Assembly (NCBI GenBank): GCA_003105035.1
Contig: PQAL01000042.1
Coordinates: 39,013 to 103,012 of the forward strand
Length of the DNA: 64,000 nt
Reading direction: 5' to 3'
DNA from: Anaerolineales bacterium
GTDB taxonomy: Bacteria; Chloroflexota; Anaerolineae; Anaerolineales; UBA4823
This document shows positions 46,240 to 56,647 of this stretch, piece by piece (positions within the stretch are counted from its first letter, which is position 1; every line of letters begins with the position of its first letter). The notes under the pieces are model-generated. The model searched no databases and had not been told where the DNA came from. It saw only the letters and a program-made list of their open reading frames with translations. The position numbers were made by a program, and so were the translations under genes.

Positions 46240-49200
46240 ATGAAGAATACGCGTTTAGTAATGTTTATTGTGGTTTTGCTCCTATCACTTGCACTGGTGG
46301 GAATTACACTTGCAGCCGATAATACCTATCAACAAAAAGAAACCTCCTCCACAGATGTCAATTCTGATCAAGGACTCCAACCTGATGAGACAGGCGTCGG
46401 TGCCTCACCTTGTGCGCTCTGGCCTGGTCCAGATGGATTCGGATACACTGGTCAGACTGCTGCTTTTAACTGGGTAAATATCACCACAACTGGCACTCCC
46501 ATCGTAGGTTTGACCGACGATAACTTTATCGGGCCTATACCACTTGGTTTTACCTTGAATTTATATGGCTCGCCTTGGACTGAATTCTACGCAGCTAGCA
46601 ATGGCTATTTAACATTTGGTTCTGGTTCCACGAGCCTGAGTAACCAGTGCCCTTTACCCAACACAACTCAACCGAATAACCTAATTGCCATGTTGTGGGA
46701 TGATTTGAGTTTCAATACCAGCGGTAATGCTTATTACCAGACTTTTCCAACCTGTCCAGTTGGAACTGGAAAATGCACCATTGTCGAGTACTATAATGTC
46801 GCCCACTACGGCGGGGCTGCTGGCTCAGCCGGTACCTGGGAGGCAATAATTTACGAGAACGGTAATGTGCTTATCCAATTCCAGGATGCGGGGGCAGAAG
46901 AGGGCGCGGGGTCAACAACCGGGATTGAAGGCGACAATGTTGGGCTTGATTACGGTCTGACATATGCCTGCAATACGGCAACGTCGATTACCGATAACAG
47001 CGCAGTTAAATTCCTTTTTCCAACCGGGATAATACTTAGCCCTGACAGTGTAGAGAATCAAGGTTGCGTGAATAGCGATGTAACCTATACCTTGTCATTG
47101 GCTAACTACACCGGCAGCGATGGAACCTTCAGTCTATCCTATTCATCGGCATGGCCGATCTCCGGGCCTGCATCTCGCTCCGTCGCCAACGGGGCTTCGG
47201 TTGACTTTGATGTGGTGGTATCGATTCCTTGCAATGGTGTGAGTGATGTGGGCACGGTCACCGCCAGCGGAAATGGCTATACGGATGTCTCGACATTGAC
47301 CACATCGAAGACAGATGGAGGTTTTACTGCTTGGGAAAGTATCGCCCCCATAAACGGCGTAGGGCGCTCTCGACCCGCAGGTGCAGCTGTAGCTGGTAAA
47401 GTGTATGTGCTGGGTGGAGAGATCACTGGTGGACGGGCAAATACCGTCGAAGAATTTAACCCCGCTACAGGAAATTGGACCACCATGGCAGGCTTGATGC
47501 CCACGCCGGCCAGTAATATTTGCGCAGCGGCCATCGGTACCGACATCTATATCCCGGGTGGGTATGATGCATCATCAGTCTACCTGAATACCCTCCAGGT
47601 TTATCATACTGCGACGGATGCCTGGGTAACGATCACAACCGATCCCTTGCCGGTAGCCACACTTGGAATGGGGTGCGCTGCAGTAGATGGCAAGTTATAC
47701 GTCTTTGGTGGTGCAAATGCTTCTTCATATTTCAACACAGCGTATGTTTACGATCCAGCTGCAGCTGCCGGATCACGCTGGACTTCCTTACCAAACATGT
47801 CGTATGCCCGTGCCTATCTGGGCGGTGTGGCTGTGAACGGTAAAGTATATGCCGTAGGCGGGAGAGATAGCGCTGTACTTGACTTTGCATATGTCGAAGC
47901 TTATGACCCTGCGGATGGCCTGTGGCATACGGTGACCAGTCTGAATACTCCCCGCGGCGCACCCGGTGCCATGCTTTGGGGTGATCTGCTGGTGGTATGC
48001 GGTGGCGGTTGGTCTTCATACCTCAATACCTGTGAAGCGTACGATACCACCCAGGGATATGCGGGTGTTTGGAGTCCTCTGGCTCAAACGATGATCCAGG
48101 GACGGAGGACATATGCCTATGCCAGCCTCCCCGATACCTTATATGCAGTGGCTGGTTATAATGGCAGCTTCCTCACCTCAGCAGAGCGCCTGCCTACTTT
48201 TACCTGCCCGGCGTGTATAGAGGTCCTTGGCCCTCCACTGAATGCCATTCAACCGACCGACACCCAAACCACCGTACCACTCTCAGTCTGTAACAATGGT
48301 GGAATGGATTTAACCTGGGGAATTATGGAATTCGCAGGGATCCAAAGTGTGAACTTGCCGGTTAACCCACCCAGCCAGGGTAATTCCGCCGTTGCGCCAG
48401 ATAGCTACTCCCCTGGTCTCACAGTTTCACAGACTGCCGGGATAAGTTCTTTGGGCAATCGCGTGGCGATATTTAAGGATGCGAATCCCTGGGGGACCAC
48501 AGAGACAGAGGCTTACCTGACTTCAATGGGCATCCCTTATGAAGTCCACACCTCCGCTGAATTTGGCACGCTAGACTTCAACCAATTCAGGATGATCGTT
48601 TTCTCGGGCGATCAGCCAACGTCATTCTATACCGCTTACGCAAGCTACGTGGCAAAATTCGAAGCTTACGTCGCCCAAGGTGGTTTCCTGAACTTCTTCT
48701 CCTGTGATAGAGGATGGAATGTAGGCACATTGTCTGCCCCGCTTCCGGGTGGCACGACCTGGACCGGCTTGATCTATGAGAACTATAACGTGATTAATGA
48801 TCCAGCTCATCCGGTGGTACAGGGTGTGCCCAATCCATTCTACGGCAGCTTCGCCAGTCATGGGCACTTTACCAACCTGCCCGCAAGCGCCCACGTGATT
48901 GCCTCAGAGCAAGCTGGAGGATTTCCAACTATCGTCGAGTATCCCATCGGGGATGGATGGTTTATTGCCTACGGGCAACCTCTCGAGATTTCTTATAATT
49001 GGGATTGGGAGGCTGGTCGCATCTTCGCCAACACACTCCTTTGGGGCTACAATGTCATCCCCTGGTTGAGTGAAAGCCCTCTATCCGGGATGACTCCTCC
49101 AGGTGAATGTACCGATATTGAAGTAGAATTTGACTCAGCTGGTATGGCAACGGGGAACTACTTCGGCAACCTGGTAATTAATAGTAACGCCCCCATAAAG

Positions 49201-50289
49201 CCCAGTGTTCGTTTGCCGGCATCGCTGACGGTGTATAGCTGGGGGAAGCAAGCTCCATCCGATGCCTTCACGAGCGATACATTCTCTTATGAGATCAACA
49301 TCGATCCAGTTGAAATGGTGGGGACCGCGGTATTGACAGATACCATACCTACCGGTCTCACCTTTGCAGGTAACCTGGCCTGCAACCTCGGCACGTGCAG
49401 CTATAACGCCGGTAGCAAAGCAGTCCATTGGAGCCTCGCTGGTCCGTCAGGGCTTGCATCCTATCCACCGGCAACGGCGAATCCAGCAACCTACGTACCG
49501 CCTGAAAATATTCCCTTCAGTTTATCTGCAAGTGGGTCAGCTCCTCTTGCCTACCAACCTTCCGTTGCTCCCCAGGATCTGCTGTGGGATCAATACTCAC
49601 CAGGCGGTGCCGTATTCGCTGCGCAAGATTTCGAACCAGCATTTAATGACTACGATATTTATGCTGCGGATGACTTCCAGAACGCCGGGTCATGGAGTAT
49701 TGAGGCAATTCTAACTGCCGGGGGTTGGAATAGCCCTGTTGATCTGCACAACGCAACAGCCATCCATTGGTTTATCTACGAAGATGCCGGTGGTAAACCA
49801 GCAGGAGTCCCCGGCGATGGGGCTGAATTCTGGAGCATCACGCTACCTCCTACAGATCCTCAGGTAGTTCTGGGCTCAGTTGATCAACGCAGCGTGCTTC
49901 TAAGCCTTAATACTCCCATAAACCTGCCACCTGGGAACTGGTGGTTGGTGTATTACGCTTCTTTAAATTTCTCGTCTTACGGTCAATACGGTTGGCAAGG
50001 TACCACGCTACCGAAGTGGGGCGTCGCTGCACAACAGAACAACCCGGGAGGAGGATTTGGTTTGCTACCTGGGTGGAACATTAACAGTTATGGTTCAGAC
50101 TATTCGTTTCGCCTGGAAGGTGAAATCGTCTCATCGGTCACAATTTCCTTCGATGTCAGGGTGACTGCACGAGGCGGTCAGGTGGTCAACTCCGCCGACC
50201 TGTGGTGGAATGGCATAACTAGCTCTGCTTCAGCAAGTACTGAAATACACATTCGAACGATCTACCTGCCATTTGTAAATAAGAACTGA
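46240..50289 (+). CDS. giant secreted multidomain protein: NIDO-like N-domain, Ig-like, six-blade Kelch propeller, GATase1-like module, C-terminal beta domains
   Basis: 1349 aa with a signal peptide. Kelch blades GKVYVLGGE, DIYIPGGYD, GKLYVFGG, GKVYAVGGRD, LLVVCGGG and LYAVAGYNG. GGAGG RBS. Confidence 0.75.
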   Translation: MKNTRLVMFIVVLLLSLALVGITLAADNTYQQKETSSTDVNSDQGLQPDETGVGASPCALWPGPDGFGYTGQTAAFNWVNITTTGTPIVGLTDDNFIGPIPLGFTLNLYGSPWTEFYAASNGYLTFGSGSTSLSNQCPLPNTTQPNNLIAMLWDDLSFNTSGNAYYQTFPTCPVGTGKCTIVEYYNVAHYGGAAGSAGTWEAIIYENGNVLIQFQDAGAEEGAGSTTGIEGDNVGLDYGLTYACNTATSITDNSAVKFLFPTGIILSPDSVENQGCVNSDVTYTLSLANYTGSDGTFSLSYSSAWPISGPASRSVANGASVDFDVVVSIPCNGVSDVGTVTASGNGYTDVSTLTTSKTDGGFTAWESIAPINGVGRSRPAGAAVAGKVYVLGGEITGGRANTVEEFNPATGNWTTMAGLMPTPASNICAAAIGTDIYIPGGYDASSVYLNTLQVYHTATDAWVTITTDPLPVATLGMGCAAVDGKLYVFGGANASSYFNTAYVYDPAAAAGSRWTSLPNMSYARAYLGGVAVNGKVYAVGGRDSAVLDFAYVEAYDPADGLWHTVTSLNTPRGAPGAMLWGDLLVVCGGGWSSYLNTCEAYDTTQGYAGVWSPLAQTMIQGRRTYAYASLPDTLYAVAGYNGSFLTSAERLPTFTCPACIEVLGPPLNAIQPTDTQTTVPLSVCNNGGMDLTWGIMEFAGIQSVNLPVNPPSQGNSAVAPDSYSPGLTVSQTAGISSLGNRVAIFKDANPWGTTETEAYLTSMGIPYEVHTSAEFGTLDFNQFRMIVFSGDQPTSFYTAYASYVAKFEAYVAQGGFLNFFSCDRGWNVGTLSAPLPGGTTWTGLIYENYNVINDPAHPVVQGVPNPFYGSFASHGHFTNLPASAHVIASEQAGGFPTIVEYPIGDGWFIAYGQPLEISYNWDWEAGRIFANTLLWGYNVIPWLSESPLSGMTPPGECTDIEVEFDSAGMATGNYFGNLVINSNAPIKPSVRLPASLTVYSWGKQAPSDAFTSDTFSYEINIDPVEMVGTAVLTDTIPTGLTFAGNLACNLGTCSYNAGSKAVHWSLAGPSGLASYPPATANPATYVPPENIPFSLSASGSAPLAYQPSVAPQDLLWDQYSPGGAVFAAQDFEPAFNDYDIYAADDFQNAGSWSIEAILTAGGWNSPVDLHNATAIHWFIYEDAGGKPAGVPGDGAEFWSITLPPTDPQVVLGSVDQRSVLLSLNTPINLPPGNWWLVYYASLNFSSYGQYGWQGTTLPKWGVAAQQNNPGGGFGLLPGWNINSYGSDYSFRLEGEIVSSVTISFDVRVTARGGQVVNSADLWWNGITSSASASTEIHIRTIYLPFVNKN

Positions 50290-50310
50290 TAGGCAGGAAC
50301 CAGACCTTAA

Positions 50311-50346
50311 AAGGGGCTGACCCATTTTTCTATGAGTCAGCCCCTT
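50311..50346 (+). terminator. rho-independent terminator after the 1349-aa gene
   Basis: 11-bp stem (aaggggctgac / gtcagcccctt) with a 14-nt loop, followed by tgtattaattt. It lies 22 nt after the stop. Confidence 0.65.
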
Positions 50347-50595
50347 TGTATTAATTTATCGAGATAATTTTATATTTTTAAGACTGAGGCTTGCTCTCCT
50401 CATGGGTACAGCCGAATAACCAGATTGTTGACCTGGCGTTAAGCCCAGCTGTTGATGACCACACCGTTCGATAGGCATTTTTTTTTGCTTGCCAGACGAT
50501 TTCCTTTGTACCAGGGTGGACAATATTATTTAAAATAAAAATCTCTCCACCAATCTTGCTGCCTGTATAATGGTCTCTGATCTAAGGAGGCGAAT

Positions 50596-51717
50596 ATGGC
50601 TGATCTCGAGCAAGCATTACACGCAATTGAACATGGTTTATTGGTGACTGACCCCGGCGGGGATCACCCGCCGGTGAAAGCGGAACTGGATCAGCGCATG
50701 GCATTTCATAACGTACCCGGGTTTAGCATTGCTTTTATCGATCGGGAGGGGCATGCCTTTGCCAAGGGATACGGCGTTGTGGAAGCAGGAAGTGAAAAAC
50801 CAATCACACCAAATACCATCTTTCAAGCCGCTTCGATCAGTAAACCGGTCACGGCCATGGTCGCACTGCGCCTGGTTGAAGCGGGAGTGCTGGATCTGGA
50901 TGCGGACATCAACGATGGATTGCGCTCCTGGAAAGTCCCGCCGAGTAAATACACCCAGATGCGCCACGATGGGACATGCCGCAAGGTCACCCTGCGTGGC
51001 CTGCTCTCGCACACCGCCGGGATAAATATTCGTGGCTATACCGGTTATCTCGCCGGCAGAGACCTACCTCGCTTACTGCAGATCCTGGATGGCGAGCCCC
51101 CCGCCAACTCCAGGCCCGTGCGAGTGATGCAGGCGCCTGGAAAAGCTTTTCGATATTCAGGTGGCGGGTATATGGTGACCCAGCAACTGATTGAAGATGT
51201 CACCGGCAAGCCATTGGCGGCTCTGGCAAAGGAAATCATTTTCGACAATTTAGGGATGCTAAACAGCACATTCGATCCCTGCCTGCCGCAAGGATACCTG
51301 CCACGGGCAGCCACAGCCCATCGCAGAACAGGTAAACCGGTGCCAGGGAAATGGCACACCTATCCCGAACAAGCCCCTGCTAGCTTATGGTCCACGCCAT
51401 CCGACCTGGCGTGCCTGGTCGCTGAGGTCCTTCGCTCATATAAGGATGAGTTCAACCGGGTGCTATCCGCGCCGATGACCCGCCAAATGCTGACCCCCGT
51501 AAAGAGTATCGGTGGGCTGGGATTTAACGTCGTTATCCAGGACGGTCTGACCCGCTTCGGGCACCCGGGCTGGAATGAAGGCTTTCATAGCTTTATGCTG
51601 AGCTGCCTGGAAAGCGAGCAGGGTGTGGTCTGGATGACCAATGGCGAGAACGGGAAAAAGCTTGGCTGGGAGGTGATGCGCGGACTGGCTGAGGTCTACC
51701 CCTGGGCCTGGTGGTAA
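50596..51717 (+). CDS. beta-lactamase-family serine hydrolase (class C/PBP-like)
   Basis: 373 aa. The SxxK motif is ASISKPVTA. HPGWNEG lies in the KTG-equivalent position. AAGGAGG RBS. Confidence 0.8.
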   Translation: MADLEQALHAIEHGLLVTDPGGDHPPVKAELDQRMAFHNVPGFSIAFIDREGHAFAKGYGVVEAGSEKPITPNTIFQAASISKPVTAMVALRLVEAGVLDLDADINDGLRSWKVPPSKYTQMRHDGTCRKVTLRGLLSHTAGINIRGYTGYLAGRDLPRLLQILDGEPPANSRPVRVMQAPGKAFRYSGGGYMVTQQLIEDVTGKPLAALAKEIIFDNLGMLNSTFDPCLPQGYLPRAATAHRRTGKPVPGKWHTYPEQAPASLWSTPSDLACLVAEVLRSYKDEFNRVLSAPMTRQMLTPVKSIGGLGFNVVIQDGLTRFGHPGWNEGFHSFMLSCLESEQGVVWMTNGENGKKLGWEVMRGLAEVYPWAWW

Positions 51718-51904
51718 ACCAGTGGGAGAGCTTCAAGCAGATTGCCCCTATGCTTCAGCGTCACCTTCCATCCCCCGTCCCGTTGATGGGGACGAGGTGG
51801 GGCGCTTGGTGGTCATCCAGCTAATGATCCCTACATCTCTTGGTATCGTCAATATTGGAATCCCAATCAAAGACCCGCCCCTAACTTGCTGCCCAGGTTA
51901 TCCC

Positions 51905-52885
51905 TTAGGATAAGGTTCCGTCTGCCCCGTAATACCAGCCCAACACGCGCAAGGCGCGCAGCGTGTTCCACCGGCTGGCAGTGCCTACCGGGCCTTCCAT
52001 GACGAAGTTTACCTGGTCGGTGTGAGGGTTTTGCAGCGGCCAGCGTCCATTTTGGTGCTGCTTCTTCGCCACCAGCCCCACGGCCTCAGCCACTCGCGAA
52101 TCAGGTTGGACCCCGGCACTGCGCAGGTAATCCAGTCCGCGCAGCACATCGTAGTGCCAGGTGGGCGGGTACGAAAAGCGCAGCCACTTAGGGTCGACCA
52201 CCTTGCCGTTGGATAGCCTGCGGAACATATGGCGCTCCAGGAGATACTCCTGTGCTCGCAGGCGAGCCTGGGTGACCGTAGGATTGGCACCCCCAGCTTG
52301 CTCGTACGCCAGCAGGCCATCCAGCACGCAAATGGTCGTATGAAACGATGATCGCACGCTGGGTGGGGCTTCGCAATTCCAGCCCCCATCTTCAAGCTGC
52401 TCGCCGAGCAGCCGGTCAACCAGCCGCTCGCTTGCCCCACCGAAATACGCGCCCAGCGCAAGCACCCTGCCGTTGATACAGGGCTCCACCTCACCTTCGA
52501 AGAATGGGGAATCATTAAATTCCTCACCCCAGGTGACTTTCTGGCGAACGAGACCCACTGCCTTCTGGGCGGGCTCGCTCTGCGGGTCAAGCCCCATATC
52601 CTTTAAAAGCAGCAAGGCATAAAACGTTGTGGCCCATTCCACGATAAAGGGTTTCCCATCCCACCTGCCATCTGCCCCCTGGTAGGCCAGCAGCTGGGCT
52701 CCCCAACCTTCAGTTCCGACCCGCTGGCGCTCTGCTTGAACTAGCTCAGGTGGTTCCCTGGTCAGGTCATGCATCACCTGCCAGCGAATCGCAGGATCAG
52801 AATCGAGCAGCCATTTGATGACCGCTTTGCTTGGCTGTGTAATTCCCTGATACTCTGGATTATTCATCAATACCCCATCCCTCAA
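51905..52885 (-). CDS. prenyltransferase/squalene-cyclase-repeat (alpha/alpha toroid) like protein
   Basis: 326 aa. LLDSDPAIRWQVMHDL N-terminus and repeated DGGW/NGRW motifs. Family recalled from memory only. An alternative ATG lies at 52867. Confidence 0.45.
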   Translation of the reverse strand: MRDGVLMNNPEYQGITQPSKAVIKWLLDSDPAIRWQVMHDLTREPPELVQAERQRVGTEGWGAQLLAYQGADGRWDGKPFIVEWATTFYALLLLKDMGLDPQSEPAQKAVGLVRQKVTWGEEFNDSPFFEGEVEPCINGRVLALGAYFGGASERLVDRLLGEQLEDGGWNCEAPPSVRSSFHTTICVLDGLLAYEQAGGANPTVTQARLRAQEYLLERHMFRRLSNGKVVDPKWLRFSYPPTWHYDVLRGLDYLRSAGVQPDSRVAEAVGLVAKKQHQNGRWPLQNPHTDQVNFVMEGPVGTASRWNTLRALRVLGWYYGADGTLS

Positions 52886-53152
52886 TCATGAATTCTATCG
52901 GTGTGCTCATCCCAGCCTGCGTGTGGCCCAATTAAACGGACAAAAGTTATCTGAATTTGAATTATATGACCTTGGTTTTAAGTTGTCAAACTGGTGAATG
53001 ATACTCTTTCACCGAAATGCTACTTATTCCTATGATATCTTTGTGGTCATCACCGCTGTTTTTTAGGGACAACGGGCACCAGGAGAAAATATATAACTTT
53101 GCCTTATCGGACGCCCACAGAAGCTGTCTGCCTTAGCTGAAGATCGGGCTGT

Positions 53153-56100
53153 TTAGATAGCGCTGGATGAGCTGGTCGGGTTGCTCAGTAGAGCCGCGTT
53201 GCTGCGCTTCCTGGTGCTCACTTTGCGGTAAGCTGTCAGCCAGCTTCTCAACGGCAGACGCGCCTGGTTTTTAACCTCGTTCCAGGTGGTGGGTTGCTCC
53301 ATCACGCAGGTGGCGATCTCAATTGCCTGCGTAGCCTCACCTCCGGCTGCCAGGTATTCGGCGATTCCCGCCAGGATCATGGCCATCATATCCGGATAAG
53401 GCCAGCTGTTCACCAGCTTTAGGGCCTCATTAAGCTGCTGGGCTGCCGCCTGGTGATCACCCAATCTCACCAATGCAGTCGATAGCCTGCTATGGAAATA
53501 GATCAACCCCCAACCCCTGAATGGGCGAAGTTCTTGCTCCTGGTATTCCAGGGCTTTTATGAACCGGAGCCTGGCTTCGCTCCAATCCTGACGCATTATG
53601 GCCAGATCGCCATAACCCCGCTCATAAAATGCAAGGCCCAGCATATCGTTCAGCGCTTCGAATTGTGACAAGGCTTCATCGTAACACTGCCTGGCTTGTT
53701 GCAGCTCGTGCATCAAGCGGTAAATCTCGCCCAGCTCCCAGGTGTGCCAGGCGATATCATGCGGATTGCCTACTTCAAGAGCTACCTCCAGGCTCCTGCG
53801 GCGTAGCTCGAGGGCATCTTCCAGCTTGCCGAAGCGTGACACGGCCATGCTTTCCCACGAAAGGTCGATCCCCAGGGCGTGCCGGTTGCCTGACTTTTCA
53901 TTAAAACGGCGTGTCTCATCAAAGGCATGGATGCCTTGCTCGATTTTCCCCGAGTAGATATAAAAATCGGCCAGGTTCATCCAGGTACGATCCACCCCCC
54001 ACTGGTTCTGGACCTTTTCGAAATAACCCTGGGCTTGCAGGGTGTACTCGATCGCCCGCGAATAATCCATCTCCATGGCGGCCAGCATCCCCAGGTCAAG
54101 CAGGGTCACCCCTTGCTCATGCAGCACACCGATGCCCTTGAAGGCGGTCAGGGCTTTCTCCAGGTAGCTTTGACGCAGTTCCCGGTTCTCAACCCCGCAG
54201 AATTGGCTGGCATCCAGGTAGCCGTAGCCGGCTTCCCAGGTATTTGTCGCCTCGTCAATACCTTGCATGATCCTGAGATACTGCATCGACCCTTCTTCAA
54301 AATTCACATTGAAGCCGTAGAGGCTGACCAGCACGGTGTACCACATACCCATCTGCGCATGAATGCCGGCTTCATTGACCAACTCCAATAACCTGTGTGT
54401 ACGCTGATTAAGGTTGCCGGTGGTATCCGTCCGGTTCAAGGTGAAGTAGATTTCCGCGGTTTCCAGGATCGCCGCTTGGATCAGGGCTTTTCCGTTATCC
54501 CGGGGGGTAATCGATTGGTGAGCGGCTCTCAACACAGGGATGATATCTTCTGTGGTACCCCGGATCATCGAGTAATGGAGTAATCCCGTCAGCATTTTTT
54601 CGACGATCGTGTCGAATTTCTGCGTAGCCACCAGATGTTCCAAGGCTTCAGGGATATTGCTGTCGATATCCAGTTTCAAGGCGTCCAGGGCCTGTCGCTG
54701 GGAGGAAGTCTGCAGGGCCTGGGCATGTTGGTGCAGGTATTCGGCGAAGTATTCTGCATGGCGATCCCTCGTCTGTTGACATTCCTGCTGGTCGGCCTGC
54801 AAGCGCTCTTTCCCGTACTGCCTGAGTACCTCGTGAAGCTGATACCGTCCATCATCCCGCTGCTGTAGCCAGGATTGGTGCACCAACCTCAGCAAGGTTG
54901 GCAGGCTACAGCCGCACACAGCTTCCGCGGCCTGCCTGGAAAAGCTCCCCCGAAAGACACACAAGCGCTGGAAGGCTTGCTGCTCAGAGGCTTCCAGCAA
55001 TCTCCATGAAGTCTCAAACACCGCCCTCAAGCTGCGTTGGCGGTCAGGCAAGTCACCCGCCGCGCTTTCCAAAAAGTCCAGGCTGTGCTCGATCTCCCTG
55101 GCGATGTCTGCTGGGGGCGTCACCTCCAACCAGGCGGCTGCCAGCTCAATCCCCAAGGGAGAGCCTTCCACCAGCTGGCAGATGCGGGCAGCATCCACCA
55201 GGTTCTGGCGTGAGAGCTGGAAACCTGGCCGCACACGCCTGGCGCGATCGTAAAACAACTGGAGTGCTTCGTACTCCTCGTCCAACGTGGCCGGGTCAGA
55301 TAACCCCGTGATCGCTTGCAGCTCAGGGCTGCGTAAACCAACCACCTGCTGCACCTGCTCGGCTTGCAGGTTGATGCGCTCGCGTGAAGTAACCACCAGC
55401 TTTACTTGCGGAGCTGATTGAACGATTTCCACGATCAGGTCGCGGCTGTTGCTAACGATCTGTTCAAAGTTATCCAGGATGATTAGCATGCGTTTATGGC
55501 GCAGGTAGTCCAGCAGCTGTTGGTTAAAATTCTCCTCCCCCTGGTAGAAGGAGAATCCCAGGCTGGAGGCCATCGCCATAACCAAGCCTTGCAAGGTTCT
55601 CACGGCAGCCAGCGGGATGAACCAGATCCCATCGGAAAAAGAACGGTCAAGCTTTGCCGCCGCCTCGATCGACAGGCGTGTTTTACCCGTCCCACCCGGG
55701 CCAGTGAGGGTCAACAAGCGCACGGCCGGGTCTTGCATCAGCTGCAACACCCGTCCAAGCTCTTCCTTGCGCCCGATGAAGGGGGTGGCTGGCGTGGGCA
55801 GGTTGCCTGGCACGGCAGGTGCCTGGACAGCCGGGATTGCCCTGGCTGGTTTTTCGCCCTTCAGGATTGCCTCATACAAGAGGCGGGTTTCTGCTTGGGG
55901 GTCGACACCCAGCGTATTCTGAAGGGTCGCCTGGCATTCCTGATAGACCTTCAGTGCTGCACTGCGGTCTCCCAGGCCGTAATATTGCCGTATCACTGCC
56001 CGGTAGGCAGCTTCGTCCAGGCGGTCAAGCGCCAGCCAGCGTTGGGCATACGGTAGAGCTTGCGCATAGTCGTTGTTTCGCTCCAAGGCTTCCACAAGCT

Positions 56101-56578
56101 TCTCGAGCAATTGGACGAATTCCCGGCGGTAATGTTCAACCTGGGTCAGCTGCCATTCCTCGAATGGAGCTGTGTCAGCCACTACCAGGCCCTGCAGGAA
56201 ATCGCCGCGGTACAGGCTGGCTGCACTGGACAGCGCTTCGAGGTCAGCTTTGGGTGAGCCAATCACGCGCTCAAAGGCTACCACATCCACCTGTAGCTGG
56301 GGTAGCTGCGCGAGCCATACCTTCTCACGATCGGCCCCCACCCAGCCTTTGCCTAACATCTGGTTCAGCTCCCACAAGGTGCGCCTCAGGTAGGCGAAGG
56401 CGCTAGTACGCGGATAATCGGGCCATAACAGGGCAGCCAATGCATCGCGTCGCTGAGGTTTGGGTTGCACGGCCAGGTATGCCAGCAAAGCGATGGCCTT
56501 GTGCCGGTCGGTTACCACCTGGGCGTTATCCAGGCTGATCTCGGGCGGTCCGAGCAGGGCGATTTTCAAGGGGTGCAT
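53153..56578 (-). CDS. BTAD/SARP-like N-terminus + P-loop NTPase + TPR large regulator (STAND-type)
   Basis: 1141 aa. The N-terminal LLGPPEISLD...ALLAYLAV...ALLWPD and BTAD helices are followed by Walker A GPGGTGKT and then many TPR-like repeats. The 3' end is probably frameshifted (see findings). Confidence 0.85.
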   Translation of the reverse strand: MHPLKIALLGPPEISLDNAQVVTDRHKAIALLAYLAVQPKPQRRDALAALLWPDYPRTSAFAYLRRTLWELNQMLGKGWVGADREKVWLAQLPQLQVDVVAFERVIGSPKADLEALSSAASLYRGDFLQGLVVADTAPFEEWQLTQVEHYRREFVQLLEKLVEALERNNDYAQALPYAQRWLALDRLDEAAYRAVIRQYYGLGDRSAALKVYQECQATLQNTLGVDPQAETRLLYEAILKGEKPARAIPAVQAPAVPGNLPTPATPFIGRKEELGRVLQLMQDPAVRLLTLTGPGGTGKTRLSIEAAAKLDRSFSDGIWFIPLAAVRTLQGLVMAMASSLGFSFYQGEENFNQQLLDYLRHKRMLIILDNFEQIVSNSRDLIVEIVQSAPQVKLVVTSRERINLQAEQVQQVVGLRSPELQAITGLSDPATLDEEYEALQLFYDRARRVRPGFQLSRQNLVDAARICQLVEGSPLGIELAAAWLEVTPPADIAREIEHSLDFLESAAGDLPDRQRSLRAVFETSWRLLEASEQQAFQRLCVFRGSFSRQAAEAVCGCSLPTLLRLVHQSWLQQRDDGRYQLHEVLRQYGKERLQADQQECQQTRDRHAEYFAEYLHQHAQALQTSSQRQALDALKLDIDSNIPEALEHLVATQKFDTIVEKMLTGLLHYSMIRGTTEDIIPVLRAAHQSITPRDNGKALIQAAILETAEIYFTLNRTDTTGNLNQRTHRLLELVNEAGIHAQMGMWYTVLVSLYGFNVNFEEGSMQYLRIMQGIDEATNTWEAGYGYLDASQFCGVENRELRQSYLEKALTAFKGIGVLHEQGVTLLDLGMLAAMEMDYSRAIEYTLQAQGYFEKVQNQWGVDRTWMNLADFYIYSGKIEQGIHAFDETRRFNEKSGNRHALGIDLSWESMAVSRFGKLEDALELRRRSLEVALEVGNPHDIAWHTWELGEIYRLMHELQQARQCYDEALSQFEALNDMLGLAFYERGYGDLAIMRQDWSEARLRFIKALEYQEQELRPFRGWGLIYFHSRLSTALVRLGDHQAAAQQLNEALKLVNSWPYPDMMAMILAGIAEYLAAGGEATQAIEIATCVMEQPTTWNEVKNQARLPLRSWLTAYRKVSTRKRSNAALLSNPTSSSSAI

Positions 56579-56647
56579 AGGGTAATTATAAGATAAGTTT
56601 CAGCTACTCATCAGATTTTCAGGTCTGGCTGCTTTAATTACGATAAA

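Noticed and set aside
52009-52590. 193-aa same-strand, alternative-frame ORF within the prenyltransferase-like gene
   Set aside because: Its Arg/Ala/Trp/Cys-rich composition is typical of an off-frame translation. The longer frame has the repeat motifs and a sensible start.
55496-56406. Two overlapping plus-strand ORFs of 186 and 195 aa inside the BTAD-ATPase-TPR gene
   Set aside because: They are antisense shadows. The minus-strand frame carries the Walker A motif and continuous TPR-like helices.
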